DNA of 64,000 bases from Longimicrobiales bacterium (GTDB taxonomy: Bacteria; Gemmatimonadota; Gemmatimonadetes; Longimicrobiales; Gaopeijiaceae), in NCBI GenBank assembly GCA_965248195.1, contig CBDFIQ010000001.1:96001-160000 (forward strand), written 5' to 3'. Position 1 is the first letter of the stretch. Every line of letters starts with the position of its first letter. A model generated the notes under the pieces. It did not search any database, was not told where the DNA came from, and worked only from the letters and a program-made list of their open reading frames with translations. A program made the translations under genes and the position numbers. Of the stretch, positions 16,122 through 26,548 are shown piece after piece.

Positions 16122-18491
16122 ATGCTCAGGTCAACGCACTCTGCGGCCGCCGTCGTGGCGGCCCTGGCGGCTGGCTGGCTGGCCAGCGACGTCGCGGCGC
16201 AGAGCGCGACGGGGTATCGCGCCTTGCTCGACGAGTACTGCGTCACCTGTCACAACCAGCGCACGGTCGACGACCGGAGTGAGCAGATCACCCCCCTGAG
16301 GTCACAGCTCCGCGCGGTCGGTCTGGCGCTCGACGCGCTGGAGCTGTCCGCGGTGGCTACCGACGCCGCCCACTGGGAGCCGGTCGTGCGCAAGCTGCGG
16401 GCCGGGCTGATGCCGCCCGCCGGGCGGCGGCGTCCCGACCAGGCGACGCTCGACGAGTTCCGCGCTTGGCTCGAGACCGAGCTCGATGAGGCAGCCGCGG
16501 CCCGTCCGGACCCGGGACGGACAGCCACGTTCCACCGGCTGAACCGGGCCGAGTACAGCAACGCCATCCGCGACTTGCTGGCGCTGGAGATCGACGTCGA
16601 CGACTTCCTTCCGGCAGACGACGCCGGCTTCGGGTTCGACAACATCGGCGGCGTGCTGCGCATGTCGCAGTCGTTGCTGGAGCGTTATCTGGACGCATCA
16701 CGCACCATCAGCCGGCTCGCGGTCGGTAGCCCACCGCCGGCGCCGTTCTCCCAGACGTTCCGGACCGCTCAGGACGAGCAGCAGCATGAGCGGGCCGGCG
16801 AGCTGCCGTTCGGCACGCGTGGCGGGATGCTCGTGTCCTACCAGTTTCCGCTCGATGCCGACTACGACCTGAGTATCCAGCTGAGCGGCACCCGCGGGTT
16901 GCGGGAGGAGCACCGGCTCGAGGTGACGGTCGATGGCGAGCCGGTCGAGCTGCCCACCCTGGAGCCCGGTTCCACCATCGAGCTGCGGGTGCCGGTGGCG
17001 GCCGGACGGCGCGACATCGGGGTGGCGTTCTATCGCAATCCACCGGTGCTCGTCGAGCAGGTCCGGGAACGCTTTCAGAATCCGCGCACATCAGGGAACA
17101 GCGGCGGGCCGGGCGGCTCGATGCCGTTCGTCACTAGCCTCACCATCGCTGGTCCGTACGACGCTCGCGGTCCAGGCAGTACGCCGAGCCGTGACCGGAT
17201 CTTCGTCTGCCGACCGGCGACGGTCTCCGAGGAGACGGGATGCGCCCGCACGATCCTGTCCGGTCTGGCCCGGCAGGCCTATCGTCGGCCGGTCACCGAT
17301 GCCGACATCGAGGTTCTGCTCGAGTTCTACGAGATGGGCCGAGCCAATGGCGCGCACTTCGAGAGCGGCGTCGAGCTGGCGCTCAGGCGGTTGCTCGTCA
17401 GCCCAGAGTTCCTGGTCCGCATCGAGGCGGACCCATCAGGCGTTGCGCCCGACACTCCCTACAAGGTGACTGACATCGAGCTGGCCTCCCGCTTGTCGTT
17501 CTTCCTTTGGAGCAGCATCCCGGACGCCGAGCTGCTTGATGTGGCCGAGCGAGGAGCGCTCAGCCAGCCGGCGGAGCTCGAGCGGCAAGTGCGTCGCATG
17601 ATCGCCGATCCTCGCTCGAAGGCGCTGACCACCAACTTTGCCGGCCAGTGGTTGCAGCTCAGGAACCTCGCGACCGTGATTCGGCCGGGTGATCCCTACT
17701 CGCTCGCGTTCGATGAGACGCTACGTCAGGCGATGATCACCGAGACGGAGCTGTTCTTCGACCACGTGGTACGACAGGACCGCGGGGTCCTCGAGCTGCT
17801 GACCGCCGACTACACGTATCTGAACGGACGCCTGGCCGGGCACTACGACATCCCCAACGTCCAAGGCGCACACTTCCGGCGGGTCGTGTTCCTGGCTAAT
17901 AGCCCCCGCGGGGGGCTGCTGGCACACGGCAGCATCCTGACCCTGACCTCGCACGCGATCCGGACGTCGCCGGTGCTGCGTGGCAAGTGGATCCTGAACA
18001 CCATCCTCGGCACACCGCCGCCCGATCCGCCGCCGAACGTCCCGGCGCTCGTCGACCAGAAGACCCAGGCCAAGTTGGGAACGATGCGTGAGCGGATGGA
18101 TGCCCACCGGTCCAACCCGGTGTGTGCGGCGTGCCACGCGATGATCGACCCGGCCGGGTTCGCTCTCGAGGGCTTCGACGCCATCGGCCGGTCCCGGGTG
18201 GTCGACGAGTCGTTCAACGACCTCGACACCTCCGGGACGCTCCCCGACGGTACCGCGTTCGACGGCGCAGCGGAGCTCCGGGCCGCATTGGTCGCGCACC
18301 CGGAGCGGTTCGTCGGCACCGTCACCGAGAAGCTGATGACCTACGCGCTGGGTCGGGGCCTCGACTACTACGATATGCCGGCGGTCCGCCGTATCGTTCG
18401 AGAAGCGGAGACCGAGGGCTACGGCATGCAGTCGATCATCGTCGGCATCGTAAACAGCTATCCGTTCCTGCACAGGAGATCCGAGTCATGA
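16122..18491 (+). CDS. DUF1592/DUF1588-type (planctomycete PSD/PSCyt) cytochrome c domain protein
   Basis: CVTCH and CAACH heme motifs; RLNRAEYSNAIRDLL, ELASRLSFFLW and TSPVLRGKW. Confidence 0.88.
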   Translation: MLRSTHSAAAVVAALAAGWLASDVAAQSATGYRALLDEYCVTCHNQRTVDDRSEQITPLRSQLRAVGLALDALELSAVATDAAHWEPVVRKLRAGLMPPAGRRRPDQATLDEFRAWLETELDEAAAARPDPGRTATFHRLNRAEYSNAIRDLLALEIDVDDFLPADDAGFGFDNIGGVLRMSQSLLERYLDASRTISRLAVGSPPPAPFSQTFRTAQDEQQHERAGELPFGTRGGMLVSYQFPLDADYDLSIQLSGTRGLREEHRLEVTVDGEPVELPTLEPGSTIELRVPVAAGRRDIGVAFYRNPPVLVEQVRERFQNPRTSGNSGGPGGSMPFVTSLTIAGPYDARGPGSTPSRDRIFVCRPATVSEETGCARTILSGLARQAYRRPVTDADIEVLLEFYEMGRANGAHFESGVELALRRLLVSPEFLVRIEADPSGVAPDTPYKVTDIELASRLSFFLWSSIPDAELLDVAERGALSQPAELERQVRRMIADPRSKALTTNFAGQWLQLRNLATVIRPGDPYSLAFDETLRQAMITETELFFDHVVRQDRGVLELLTADYTYLNGRLAGHYDIPNVQGAHFRRVVFLANSPRGGLLAHGSILTLTSHAIRTSPVLRGKWILNTILGTPPPDPPPNVPALVDQKTQAKLGTMRERMDAHRSNPVCAACHAMIDPAGFALEGFDAIGRSRVVDESFNDLDTSGTLPDGTAFDGAAELRAALVAHPERFVGTVTEKLMTYALGRGLDYYDMPAVRRIVREAETEGYGMQSIIVGIVNSYPFLHRRSES

Positions 18492-19837
18492 GGATCATCA
18501 CCAGGAAGGCGTTGTCGCGTCGCACGGCGCTCAAGGGCATGGGGGCCATGGTGGCCCTGCCGTTCCTCGACTCGATGGTGCCCGCGCTGACGCCCCTCGC
18601 CCGGACGGCGGCCGCGCCCGCCATCCCGCGGCTGGGGTTCGTCTATGCACCGAACGGGATGTTCCTGCCGAACTTCCATCCCGCCGGCGAGGGCGGACGC
18701 AACTATGCCATGACCCGAATCCTGCGGCCGCTGGAGGCCTACCGCGAGCAGATGGTGGTGGTCACCGGGCTGAGCAACAGAGGGATCGTAAGTCCCAACG
18801 AGGGCGGCGGCGTGCACACCCGCGCCCACGGTGGCTGGCTGAGCGGGGTGCTGCCGAAGCGCACCGAGGGTGCCGACATCCAGGCCGGCAAGACGGTCGA
18901 CCAGTATGCCGCCGACGTGCTCGGTGCCGATACCTCGCTGCGGTCGCTTGAGCTGACCACCGAGTCGAACTTCACCGTCGGCAACTGTGAGAACGGATAC
19001 AGCTGCACATACCAGAACTCCACCTCCTGGCGCTCCCCGACCACGCCCCTGCCCCACGAGCGCGACCCGCGCGTGGTGTTCCAGCGGCTCTTCGGCGACG
19101 GCGGAAGCGTGGACACGCGGTTGGCCCAGATGCAGACCGACCGCAGCATCCTCGACTCGGTCACCGAGAGCATCAACCAGCTCGAGCGCCAACTGGGCCA
19201 AAGCGACCGCGCCGCGGTGGAGGAGTATCTGAACGCCGTGCGGGAGATCGAACGCCGGATCCAACTCGCCGAGGAGAACAACGCCTCGACGCCGCTTCCG
19301 GCCCTGGACCAGCCGGCCGGTGTGCCCGACGAGTACGACGAGCACGTGGAGATGCTGTTCGACATGCTGGCGCTGGCCTATCAGGCCGACGTCACCCGGG
19401 TGAGCTGCTTCCAGATGGCCCGCGAGCTGAGCGGCCGCACCTACCCGAACATCGGGGTGCCGGAGGCGCACCACAGCATATCGCATCACCAGCTCCAGCC
19501 ACACAACATCGAGCAGTACACCAAGATCAACACCCACCACGTCTCGCTGTTCAGCAAGCTGATCGAGCGCATGCACAACATCCCGGACGGCGACGGCACA
19601 CTGCTGGACCACACGATCATGCTGTATGGCACCGGCATGGGGGATGGTGATCACCACACCCCCTACAACCTCCCGGTGATCCTGGTCGGTGGCGGCGGCG
19701 GGACGCTCGAAGGCGGTCGCCACATGAAGTACGAGATGGACACGCCGTTCATGAACCTCGGACTGACGCTGCTCGACAAGGTCGGCGTCGAGCTCGACCG
19801 GATCTCGGACAGCACGGGGCGGTTGACGGATCTCTGA
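18488..19837 (+). CDS. DUF1552 (HXXSHH) protein, Tat-exported
   Basis: SRRTALKG twin-arginine motif and HHSISHH; ATGA overlap with the upstream gene. Confidence 0.88.
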   Translation: MRIITRKALSRRTALKGMGAMVALPFLDSMVPALTPLARTAAAPAIPRLGFVYAPNGMFLPNFHPAGEGGRNYAMTRILRPLEAYREQMVVVTGLSNRGIVSPNEGGGVHTRAHGGWLSGVLPKRTEGADIQAGKTVDQYAADVLGADTSLRSLELTTESNFTVGNCENGYSCTYQNSTSWRSPTTPLPHERDPRVVFQRLFGDGGSVDTRLAQMQTDRSILDSVTESINQLERQLGQSDRAAVEEYLNAVREIERRIQLAEENNASTPLPALDQPAGVPDEYDEHVEMLFDMLALAYQADVTRVSCFQMARELSGRTYPNIGVPEAHHSISHHQLQPHNIEQYTKINTHHVSLFSKLIERMHNIPDGDGTLLDHTIMLYGTGMGDGDHHTPYNLPVILVGGGGGTLEGGRHMKYEMDTPFMNLGLTLLDKVGVELDRISDSTGRLTDL

Positions 19838-19898
19838 TGCTGCACTCGAGGAAGGCAGGGATCAGAAGCCGAAAGGCAGAAGGCCGAAGGTCGGGGCC

Positions 19899-21674
19899 GT
19901 GAAGACCGCCGGGGCGATGAGCACGGTCTGGGTGGCTGTGGCGGCGTTGCTGTTCAGCGGCGCCACGCTGGCGGGGCCGGAGGTGCCGCTGGTGGACGTG
20001 CCACTGCCGGGCATCCCTCTCCTAGACCTGCCCCCTGTGGACGTCCCGCCGCCGGACGTCCCGCTAATCGACGCGGTGCGGCGTGGTGACACCGACGCAG
20101 CACGCGCCCTGCTTGACGGCGGTGCCGACGTCGATGCGACAGCGCCGGACGGCGCCACGGCTCTGCTGTGGGCCGTGCACACCGACCAGCCCGAACTGGT
20201 GGGGCTGCTGCTCGAGGCCGGGGCCGATGTCGAGATCACCAACCGCTACGGGGTCGGCCCGGCGTCGCTGGCGGCCGAGAACGGCAACGCGGAGATTCTC
20301 GAGCGTCTCCTCCAGGCCGGTGTCTACGCCAATCACGCGCTGCCGGGCGGTGAGACGCTGCTGATGACCGCCGCTCGTACGGGCGAGCCGGAGACGGTGC
20401 GGACCCTGCTGGCGCACGGGGCCGATCCGAACCACCGGGAGATTACCCGGGGCCAGACGGCGCTGATGTGGGCCGCCGCCAACAACAACGCCGCTGCAAT
20501 CGGAGTGCTTGCTGAGCAGGGTGCGGACATCCACGCGAAGACCGATTACCCGTCGGGGAGCACCGACCGCACGTTCGCCTATGCGCCCCCCACCGGCTTC
20601 TCACCGTTGATGTTCGCGGTCCGCGCTGGGCACATCGAGGCCACCCGGGTACTGCTCAATGCCGGGGCGGACGTTAACGACGCCGTGTCGGACGGACAAA
20701 GCGCCTTAGTCGTGGCGACGGCCAACGCCAACTGGGAGCTGGCGGCTTATCTTCTCGACCGCGGCGCCGATGCCACCCGCGCCGAGGCCGGCTGGAACGC
20801 CCTGCACCAGACCGTGCGAACTCGCAGGATGAACCTCGGGTTCGGCACACCGGGCCCGTTCTCGTCCGGGACGCTCGACAGCATCGACCTGATCCGGAGG
20901 CTCCTGGACGCCGGAGTCGACGTGAACGCCCGGATGACCCGCAACGGGATGCGTGACGGACAGCGCAACCGGTTCAACCGGCTCGGGGCCACCGCGTTCA
21001 TGCTGGCGGCCAAAGTGACCGACGTCGAGGCGATGCGGCTGCTACTTGGGGCGGGCGCCAACCCGACGATTCCGACCGCCGACGGCACCACCCCGTTGAT
21101 GGTCGCCGCCGGTCTGGCCATCTGGAACCCGGGCGAGGATGGCGGCTCGTTTACCGGGCAGGAAGCGGAGGTCCTCGAGGCGGTCCGGATCACTCTCGAG
21201 GGCGACAACGACGTCAACGCTCGCAACTACCGTGGCGAGACCGCCCTCCATGGGGTCGGCTTCCGGGGCGTGAACATCGTGCTCGACTATCTCGTGGAGC
21301 AGGGTGCCGACCTGACTGCGCTGACCGTCGACGGCTGGTCGGCCCTCGCGATCGCCCGGGGGCTCAGCTACACGGACTTCTATAAGGCCCAGGTGCACAC
21401 CGCGGCCCGGCTCGAGGAGCTGATGGAGGCCCGCGGGCTCGACACCGAGGGCGGGGCGCACCGGGTGCCGGGGTCCGTCTGCTACGACTGCCTGCAGACC
21501 CGGCGCGACCAGATCCGCACGGTAGCGGAGCGCGACGAGTGGATGGAAGCCAACTTCGACCCCGCCAGCCACGCCATCCAGATGATGCCCGAGTGGAGCT
21601 CGCTACCGTTTCCGCCCTCCGCCGAGCACGTAGACACGGCCACACTGGGCCGCAGGCCTGCAGGACCCTTTTGA
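19899..21674 (+). CDS. Ankyrin-repeat protein
   Basis: Repeated G.TAL.WA / LL.AGADVN motifs; usual third gene of this cluster. Confidence 0.88.
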   Translation: MKTAGAMSTVWVAVAALLFSGATLAGPEVPLVDVPLPGIPLLDLPPVDVPPPDVPLIDAVRRGDTDAARALLDGGADVDATAPDGATALLWAVHTDQPELVGLLLEAGADVEITNRYGVGPASLAAENGNAEILERLLQAGVYANHALPGGETLLMTAARTGEPETVRTLLAHGADPNHREITRGQTALMWAAANNNAAAIGVLAEQGADIHAKTDYPSGSTDRTFAYAPPTGFSPLMFAVRAGHIEATRVLLNAGADVNDAVSDGQSALVVATANANWELAAYLLDRGADATRAEAGWNALHQTVRTRRMNLGFGTPGPFSSGTLDSIDLIRRLLDAGVDVNARMTRNGMRDGQRNRFNRLGATAFMLAAKVTDVEAMRLLLGAGANPTIPTADGTTPLMVAAGLAIWNPGEDGGSFTGQEAEVLEAVRITLEGDNDVNARNYRGETALHGVGFRGVNIVLDYLVEQGADLTALTVDGWSALAIARGLSYTDFYKAQVHTAARLEELMEARGLDTEGGAHRVPGSVCYDCLQTRRDQIRTVAERDEWMEANFDPASHAIQMMPEWSSLPFPPSAEHVDTATLGRRPAGPF

Positions 21675-21692
21675 TAAGGGCCTATTCAGCGG

Positions 21693-22238
21693 CTACACGC
21701 TGAGGAACACCGACGCCAACTCCGTTTCGGCACACGGTTGTAGGATCTTCCGCGCGTCCTTAACGAGCTGCCACAACACATCGTGTTCCGCCGTCCTATC
21801 TTCACACACGACCGGCTCAACGAAGCACTCCCACCAGCTGTCGGCCTCCCGGTACCCTACCGTGACCTGAAGGCAAACCGCAGTTCGGGGAATCTCCATA
21901 CAACCCGCGTATTCCTTAGCCTCCCGGAGGGCGGAAACCCGCGCCAAGCAGTCCGACCGCTCCAGATAGCTCGGCTCGTCCAAGTGTAGCTGCGACCGCT
22001 CCGACACCATGATGAATCCGGTCCCCAGCGGAGCGATCGAACCATCCCCGGGCGACACCGCGGCCTCCGGGCTCCCGGAAGCAGCCGCCTCTGAAGACTC
22101 GCCGCCGCCACATGCGGAGACACAGATCACCGCGCCCATGAAAAGCGTGGCGCTCGAGCCACCTCGTTTGAAGATGTTCCGTCCTACGGTTGGCGGGTTC
22201 ATCCAACTTTTCGGTTCCAAATGAGAAAGTTCATCCAA
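21693..22238 (-). CDS. Hypothetical Cys-rich protein, possible lipoprotein
   Basis: 181-aa ORF with a VSACGG lipobox-like segment; start uncertain. Confidence 0.45.
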   Translation of the reverse strand: MDELSHLEPKSWMNPPTVGRNIFKRGGSSATLFMGAVICVSACGGGESSEAAASGSPEAAVSPGDGSIAPLGTGFIMVSERSQLHLDEPSYLERSDCLARVSALREAKEYAGCMEIPRTAVCLQVTVGYREADSWWECFVEPVVCEDRTAEHDVLWQLVKDARKILQPCAETELASVFLSV

Positions 22239-22340
22239 ATGATAAGGCGGTGGATCACCGACGTCGATCCTCTGGAGCGCATTGCATCAGAACCACTGAC
22301 GATCGCGTTGATGGCCGCCTTCCGGTATGATGGGCACGCC

Positions 22341-23672
22341 ATGCGACCGATGCCCGTTGCTCTTGCTGCTGTGTTCATCGCCGCTCTCCCCGGAGCGGTG
22401 TTGTTGCCGCTGTTCGCTCAAGAGGCGGCCTCGGTCAATCGCGTCATCGAGCAACTACGGCAGGGGCGGCCGGCCATTGGCACCTTCACACGCACAGCCC
22501 GCCCCGACCTCGACTTCGCGGTCATCGACGAACAGTACGGCGATTTCGATATCGACGGGGTTCGCGAGGCTGTGGTCGCGGTAGGGGCGGGCGACGATGC
22601 GCCCACCGTCACGCCGGTCGTGCGTATTCCGCTCGCGGCGAGAGACGCGCCCGAGGCGGTGGTCAAGCAGGTGCTCGACGCGGGTGCGTTGAGTGTGATG
22701 TTCCCCGACATCGAGACGAAGGAACAGGCCATGACGGCGATCAGTTCGATGCGATTCGCGCAGGCCGAAGACGACTACCGCGCACGTGCCGATGTCTGGC
22801 CGCTCGATCCTTCCGGGAAGCTGGTTGCCATGCTTCAGATCGAATCGCTGGCCGGGATCGAGCATCTCGATGAGATTCTCGACGTGCCGGGGATCGGCGT
22901 GATCTTCCTGGGGCCCACCGACCTCGCCACGTCGGCCGGCGAGGAGGGTCCCAACGCCCCGAGGGTCGAGGCGCTCGTGCAAGAGGTCCTCGAGGCGTGC
23001 CTCGCGAGGAACGTCTCTTGTGGGTATCCGATCGTGGCACCCACGCGCGCGCTCGAAGTTATCTCGGGCAAGTACTCCGGTCACGAATCCATGGGGAAGA
23101 TCATCCTTCGACGGCTGGACGTCTCTGGGCTCGACCCCGAGTTTCAGGCCTCCGAGATCGCAGAGCTCTCGGAGGTGAAGCGGGACGGTCGGTTCCCGAT
23201 AGGCGCGATTCGTCGACACTTCGCTCGCATCGCCGATGGCCAGCACCTCGTGCAGGTCGACTTGGCCACAGACTCCTTCCAGGCCGCACACCTCCCGTTT
23301 GTCTTAGGATCACTCTACCTCGGGCCCGTCACCGTTGCGTGCCGAGCGAATCGTCCCGAAGAGAACGTCGGCTTCATCGACTACCAGGAGATGCTCGGAG
23401 ACGCCGTGCAAACGGTGGAAGCCCAGGCAGCTTGCGTCATAGTAGCGAAGCATGCGCTCCGAGAGATGCGCCGCATCGTCGGACCCTCGGGACGCATCGT
23501 TGCCAACGTCTGGGCCCGTCCCCAATCCGAGGCCCCGGGGCGCGTCCGCATGAGCGACACACCAGTGACACCAAAGGCGTTCGATGAGTTACTGTCGGGC
23601 TCTTTACGCCTGTTCTCGGGAAACCCCCAGCCAAGCCTCCCGATGGCTCTGGGACACGTGTTCCAATGGTGA
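22341..23672 (+). CDS. HpcH/HpaI aldolase-like N-part fused in frame to unrelated sequence after ~23045
   Basis: KQVLDAGA, MLQIES and FLGPTDL motifs up to GYP, then an abrupt change in sequence character. Confidence 0.6.
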   Translation: MRPMPVALAAVFIAALPGAVLLPLFAQEAASVNRVIEQLRQGRPAIGTFTRTARPDLDFAVIDEQYGDFDIDGVREAVVAVGAGDDAPTVTPVVRIPLAARDAPEAVVKQVLDAGALSVMFPDIETKEQAMTAISSMRFAQAEDDYRARADVWPLDPSGKLVAMLQIESLAGIEHLDEILDVPGIGVIFLGPTDLATSAGEEGPNAPRVEALVQEVLEACLARNVSCGYPIVAPTRALEVISGKYSGHESMGKIILRRLDVSGLDPEFQASEIAELSEVKRDGRFPIGAIRRHFARIADGQHLVQVDLATDSFQAAHLPFVLGSLYLGPVTVACRANRPEENVGFIDYQEMLGDAVQTVEAQAACVIVAKHALREMRRIVGPSGRIVANVWARPQSEAPGRVRMSDTPVTPKAFDELLSGSLRLFSGNPQPSLPMALGHVFQW

Positions 23673-23785
23673 CCTTGCGATGACGGCGTCGGAAGACGCC
23701 TTTGGCTGATGGCAGGCTGGGCAAGGTATTTCGCCTCGCCTCGCCCGCTATCGCAATGGCTAGTGAGTTGCTGGTTATGGGCGCC

Positions 23786-24520
23786 CTAGGGAGTGAAGTA
23801 CGGCCGCTGCTCCTCGTGGCCTAGTTCCTCTAGTTCCTGAGCAAGCGCAAAGGCGGCGTCGGCTTCCTCGTTACGCTCAAGATCTATTAGCACCATGCCC
23901 CGGTTACCGTGAACCACGGCGATTTCCGGATCCAACCTCACGGCTTCGTCGTACGCCGCCAACGCATCCTCATGACGCCCAAGATTTCTTAGCACGTTGC
24001 CCCGGTTATCGTGAACCACGGCGATTTCCGGATCCAACCTCACGGCTTCGTCGTACGCCGCCAGCGCGTCCTCGTAACGCCCAAGATCTCTTAGCACCAT
24101 GCCTCGGCTATTGGGAACGGCCGCCTCTCGTGGATCCAACTCCGCAGCCTTGTCGAAATAAGTCAGCGCTTCCTCGAACTCACCCCTAGCCTGGTGATAA
24201 TTTCCCCACCGACGGTGGACCTTCGACACTTCTGGATACAGCAACAGGGCTCGCCTGAGGAGGCGGCGCGCCTCTTCAAGCTGCTGCGGATTCCTGTTGT
24301 ACTCCGAAATCATCTCTGTGAACGCTGCACCCCCCAGCAAGTCCCACACTTCGTTCAAGATAGCATCTGCTTCTGCCCGCTCGATCCGCGCTTGAGCCAG
24401 CTCGCTCTGCGCCCGATCACGCTGCGCTTGAACGAAATTGAAGACGCCGAAGAGCATCGCAACGCTTGCGAACCCGAAAGACACCCAGGCTCGAATCTTG
24501 ACTGCCTTCTCACCCTCCAT
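23786..24520 (-). CDS. Membrane-anchored TPR protein
   Basis: 34-aa repeats RG.VLR.LGR.EDALAAYDEAVRLDP; N-terminal TM segment. Confidence 0.85.
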   Translation of the reverse strand: MEGEKAVKIRAWVSFGFASVAMLFGVFNFVQAQRDRAQSELAQARIERAEADAILNEVWDLLGGAAFTEMISEYNRNPQQLEEARRLLRRALLLYPEVSKVHRRWGNYHQARGEFEEALTYFDKAAELDPREAAVPNSRGMVLRDLGRYEDALAAYDEAVRLDPEIAVVHDNRGNVLRNLGRHEDALAAYDEAVRLDPEIAVVHGNRGMVLIDLERNEEADAAFALAQELEELGHEEQRPYFTP

Positions 24521-25042
24521 GCGTCTTTCCTCCCGTGAATCCAGCGCCGTAGCCGATGTCGAGGAATGATCGTCCTTTGGTATCGAGCAGTACCCCGTCG
24601 ACGAAGATGATGATAGCCGCTACGATTATACACACGCCAGTGAAGGTCACCATCTCGGGGTTTATGCCCCCTGAACCCCATTCGCCCTTAGAAGTAGGCG
24701 AATCACGGCAAGAAACCACATAAACCCTTGGCAGGGCACATGATCTGCTAATCTTCCTGCCAACCGATGCTCACATCTGCCGCTTTGAATCGACACATAA
24801 ACCGGCCCAAATCAGCCCTCCGAGCCGAGCGTCACTGAGTCCTCGAAGATCCGAATGTTTTCCCCGAGACGAGCGAGGATCTCCGAAAGCGACCGCAGCT
24901 CAGTTCGGCCGTCCCGACTAGGCGGCGCAAAGGCCGCCGTCATCGCTGGCGCTCCAGTGGAGCAGGTAGCTATACTCAGGGTGGCTTTGATCTTGTCTGT
25001 GGTCGCATCATGTCACAATGGCTTGATAAACGGAGGGCACTC

Positions 25043-26509
25043 ATGACCAAGGAGAGGAGATCACACTTCTGGGTGGAGCGATGCGTCTCGGTAACCATCG
25101 CGATGTTCGCCCTCGCTGCGCTCCTGTGGTTTCCCGGCGGGACGTCAGCGCAAACCCACGACGACGTCACGTTTACGCGGGACGTGGCGCCGATCCTTCA
25201 GCAGAAATGTGAGGTTTGCCATCGCCCCGGCTCGATCGCGCCGATGCCCCTCCGCACCTATGACGAGGTGAGGCCGTTTGCGCCGCTGATCAGGGAGAAG
25301 GTGGTGAGCCGAGTGATGCCTCCCTGGCCCATCGATGTGACCGTGGGAATCCAGAAATTCAAGAACGACCGTTCTCTCTCGGATGAGGAGATTCAGACCA
25401 TCGCCCTCTGGGTCGATTCGGGCACACAGATGGGTGACGCAGCGGATATGCCGCCCGGCCTCGAGTGGCCGGACTGGTCAACGGCGTGGCGGTTCGAAGA
25501 AGATCTAGGCCGACCGCCGGATGTCGTGGTATCCACGCCGTCCTACAGGGTACTCGCGAACAGTGGGGACGACTGGCCTTGGTTGGAGTCAGAGATAACG
25601 GGACTCACAGAGACCCGCTGGATCAAGGCGGCCGAGTTTAGGCCCGCGACCGCGGAAACGTGGAATGTCTTCCATCACGCCAACCCCGGCATTATCAAGC
25701 TGGACGGGACCCAGGATGGCTCGCTGAGGCAGGTCCGGGGAAACGAGGGGACGATCTACGCGGAAGATTCCGGCCAGCCGGTCGATCCGGGGGATATTGT
25801 CCGATGGAATATGCACATGTATGCGAACGACATGGACGTGGATGCCGTCCTGCAGCTCGGCTTATGGCTTTATCCGAAGGACGAGCCCCCGAAGTACAGG
25901 GCCGCAGGTGCGGACGGATTCAGCTGTAGCCAGTACACGGGACATGGCTTCGAGTCTAGCCCGCTCCCGGGACGTTTTGGCCCGAATCTGAGGGGAGGGA
26001 GCCGGGGACTGAGTAGCGATCCTCAAATCGTACGCCAGGGCGATCTCCTCCTACCACCCAATACCTGGTCGACCTACCGCGGGGTCTACGTAATGGACCG
26101 GCCGGCCCGGCTCGAGCTCGCCCGAGCGCATATGCACCTCCGGGGTCGGTATCAAATCCTGGAGGCGATCTATCCGGACGGCCGGTGGGAGGTCATCAAC
26201 AAGTTCGACTTCGACCACAACTGGCAGACGGCGTTCCTTTACGAGGACGACGTGATGCCCTTGTTCCCGAAGGGGACGGTGCTGATCGTGACCGGCGTCT
26301 TCGACAACACGGCGGGCAACCCCCACAACCCCGATCCCAACCAGTGGGTTGTGAGGGGCGACCGGACCAGCGACTCGATGTGCCACTTCCGGATGGGTCT
26401 GACCTATTTTGATGACCAAGCGGAGTTCGAGAGGGTGGTGCAGGAGAGGGAAGAGTTCTTGGCGAGGCAGCTCGCGGCGGAAGAGGAGGGCGGTAGCGGA
26501 GGCGGGTGA
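25043..26509 (+). CDS. Cytochrome c plus copper type II monooxygenase-like (PHM/DBH-like) exported protein
   Basis: VTFTRDVAPIL..CEVCH; FHHA, NMH, AHMHLRG and SMCH candidate Cu ligands. Confidence 0.7.
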   Translation: MTKERRSHFWVERCVSVTIAMFALAALLWFPGGTSAQTHDDVTFTRDVAPILQQKCEVCHRPGSIAPMPLRTYDEVRPFAPLIREKVVSRVMPPWPIDVTVGIQKFKNDRSLSDEEIQTIALWVDSGTQMGDAADMPPGLEWPDWSTAWRFEEDLGRPPDVVVSTPSYRVLANSGDDWPWLESEITGLTETRWIKAAEFRPATAETWNVFHHANPGIIKLDGTQDGSLRQVRGNEGTIYAEDSGQPVDPGDIVRWNMHMYANDMDVDAVLQLGLWLYPKDEPPKYRAAGADGFSCSQYTGHGFESSPLPGRFGPNLRGGSRGLSSDPQIVRQGDLLLPPNTWSTYRGVYVMDRPARLELARAHMHLRGRYQILEAIYPDGRWEVINKFDFDHNWQTAFLYEDDVMPLFPKGTVLIVTGVFDNTAGNPHNPDPNQWVVRGDRTSDSMCHFRMGLTYFDDQAEFERVVQEREEFLARQLAAEEEGGSGGG

Positions 26510-26548
26510 GAAGCGGCGCAGGGCGAGAAGCGGCGTAGGTAGGAGAGA

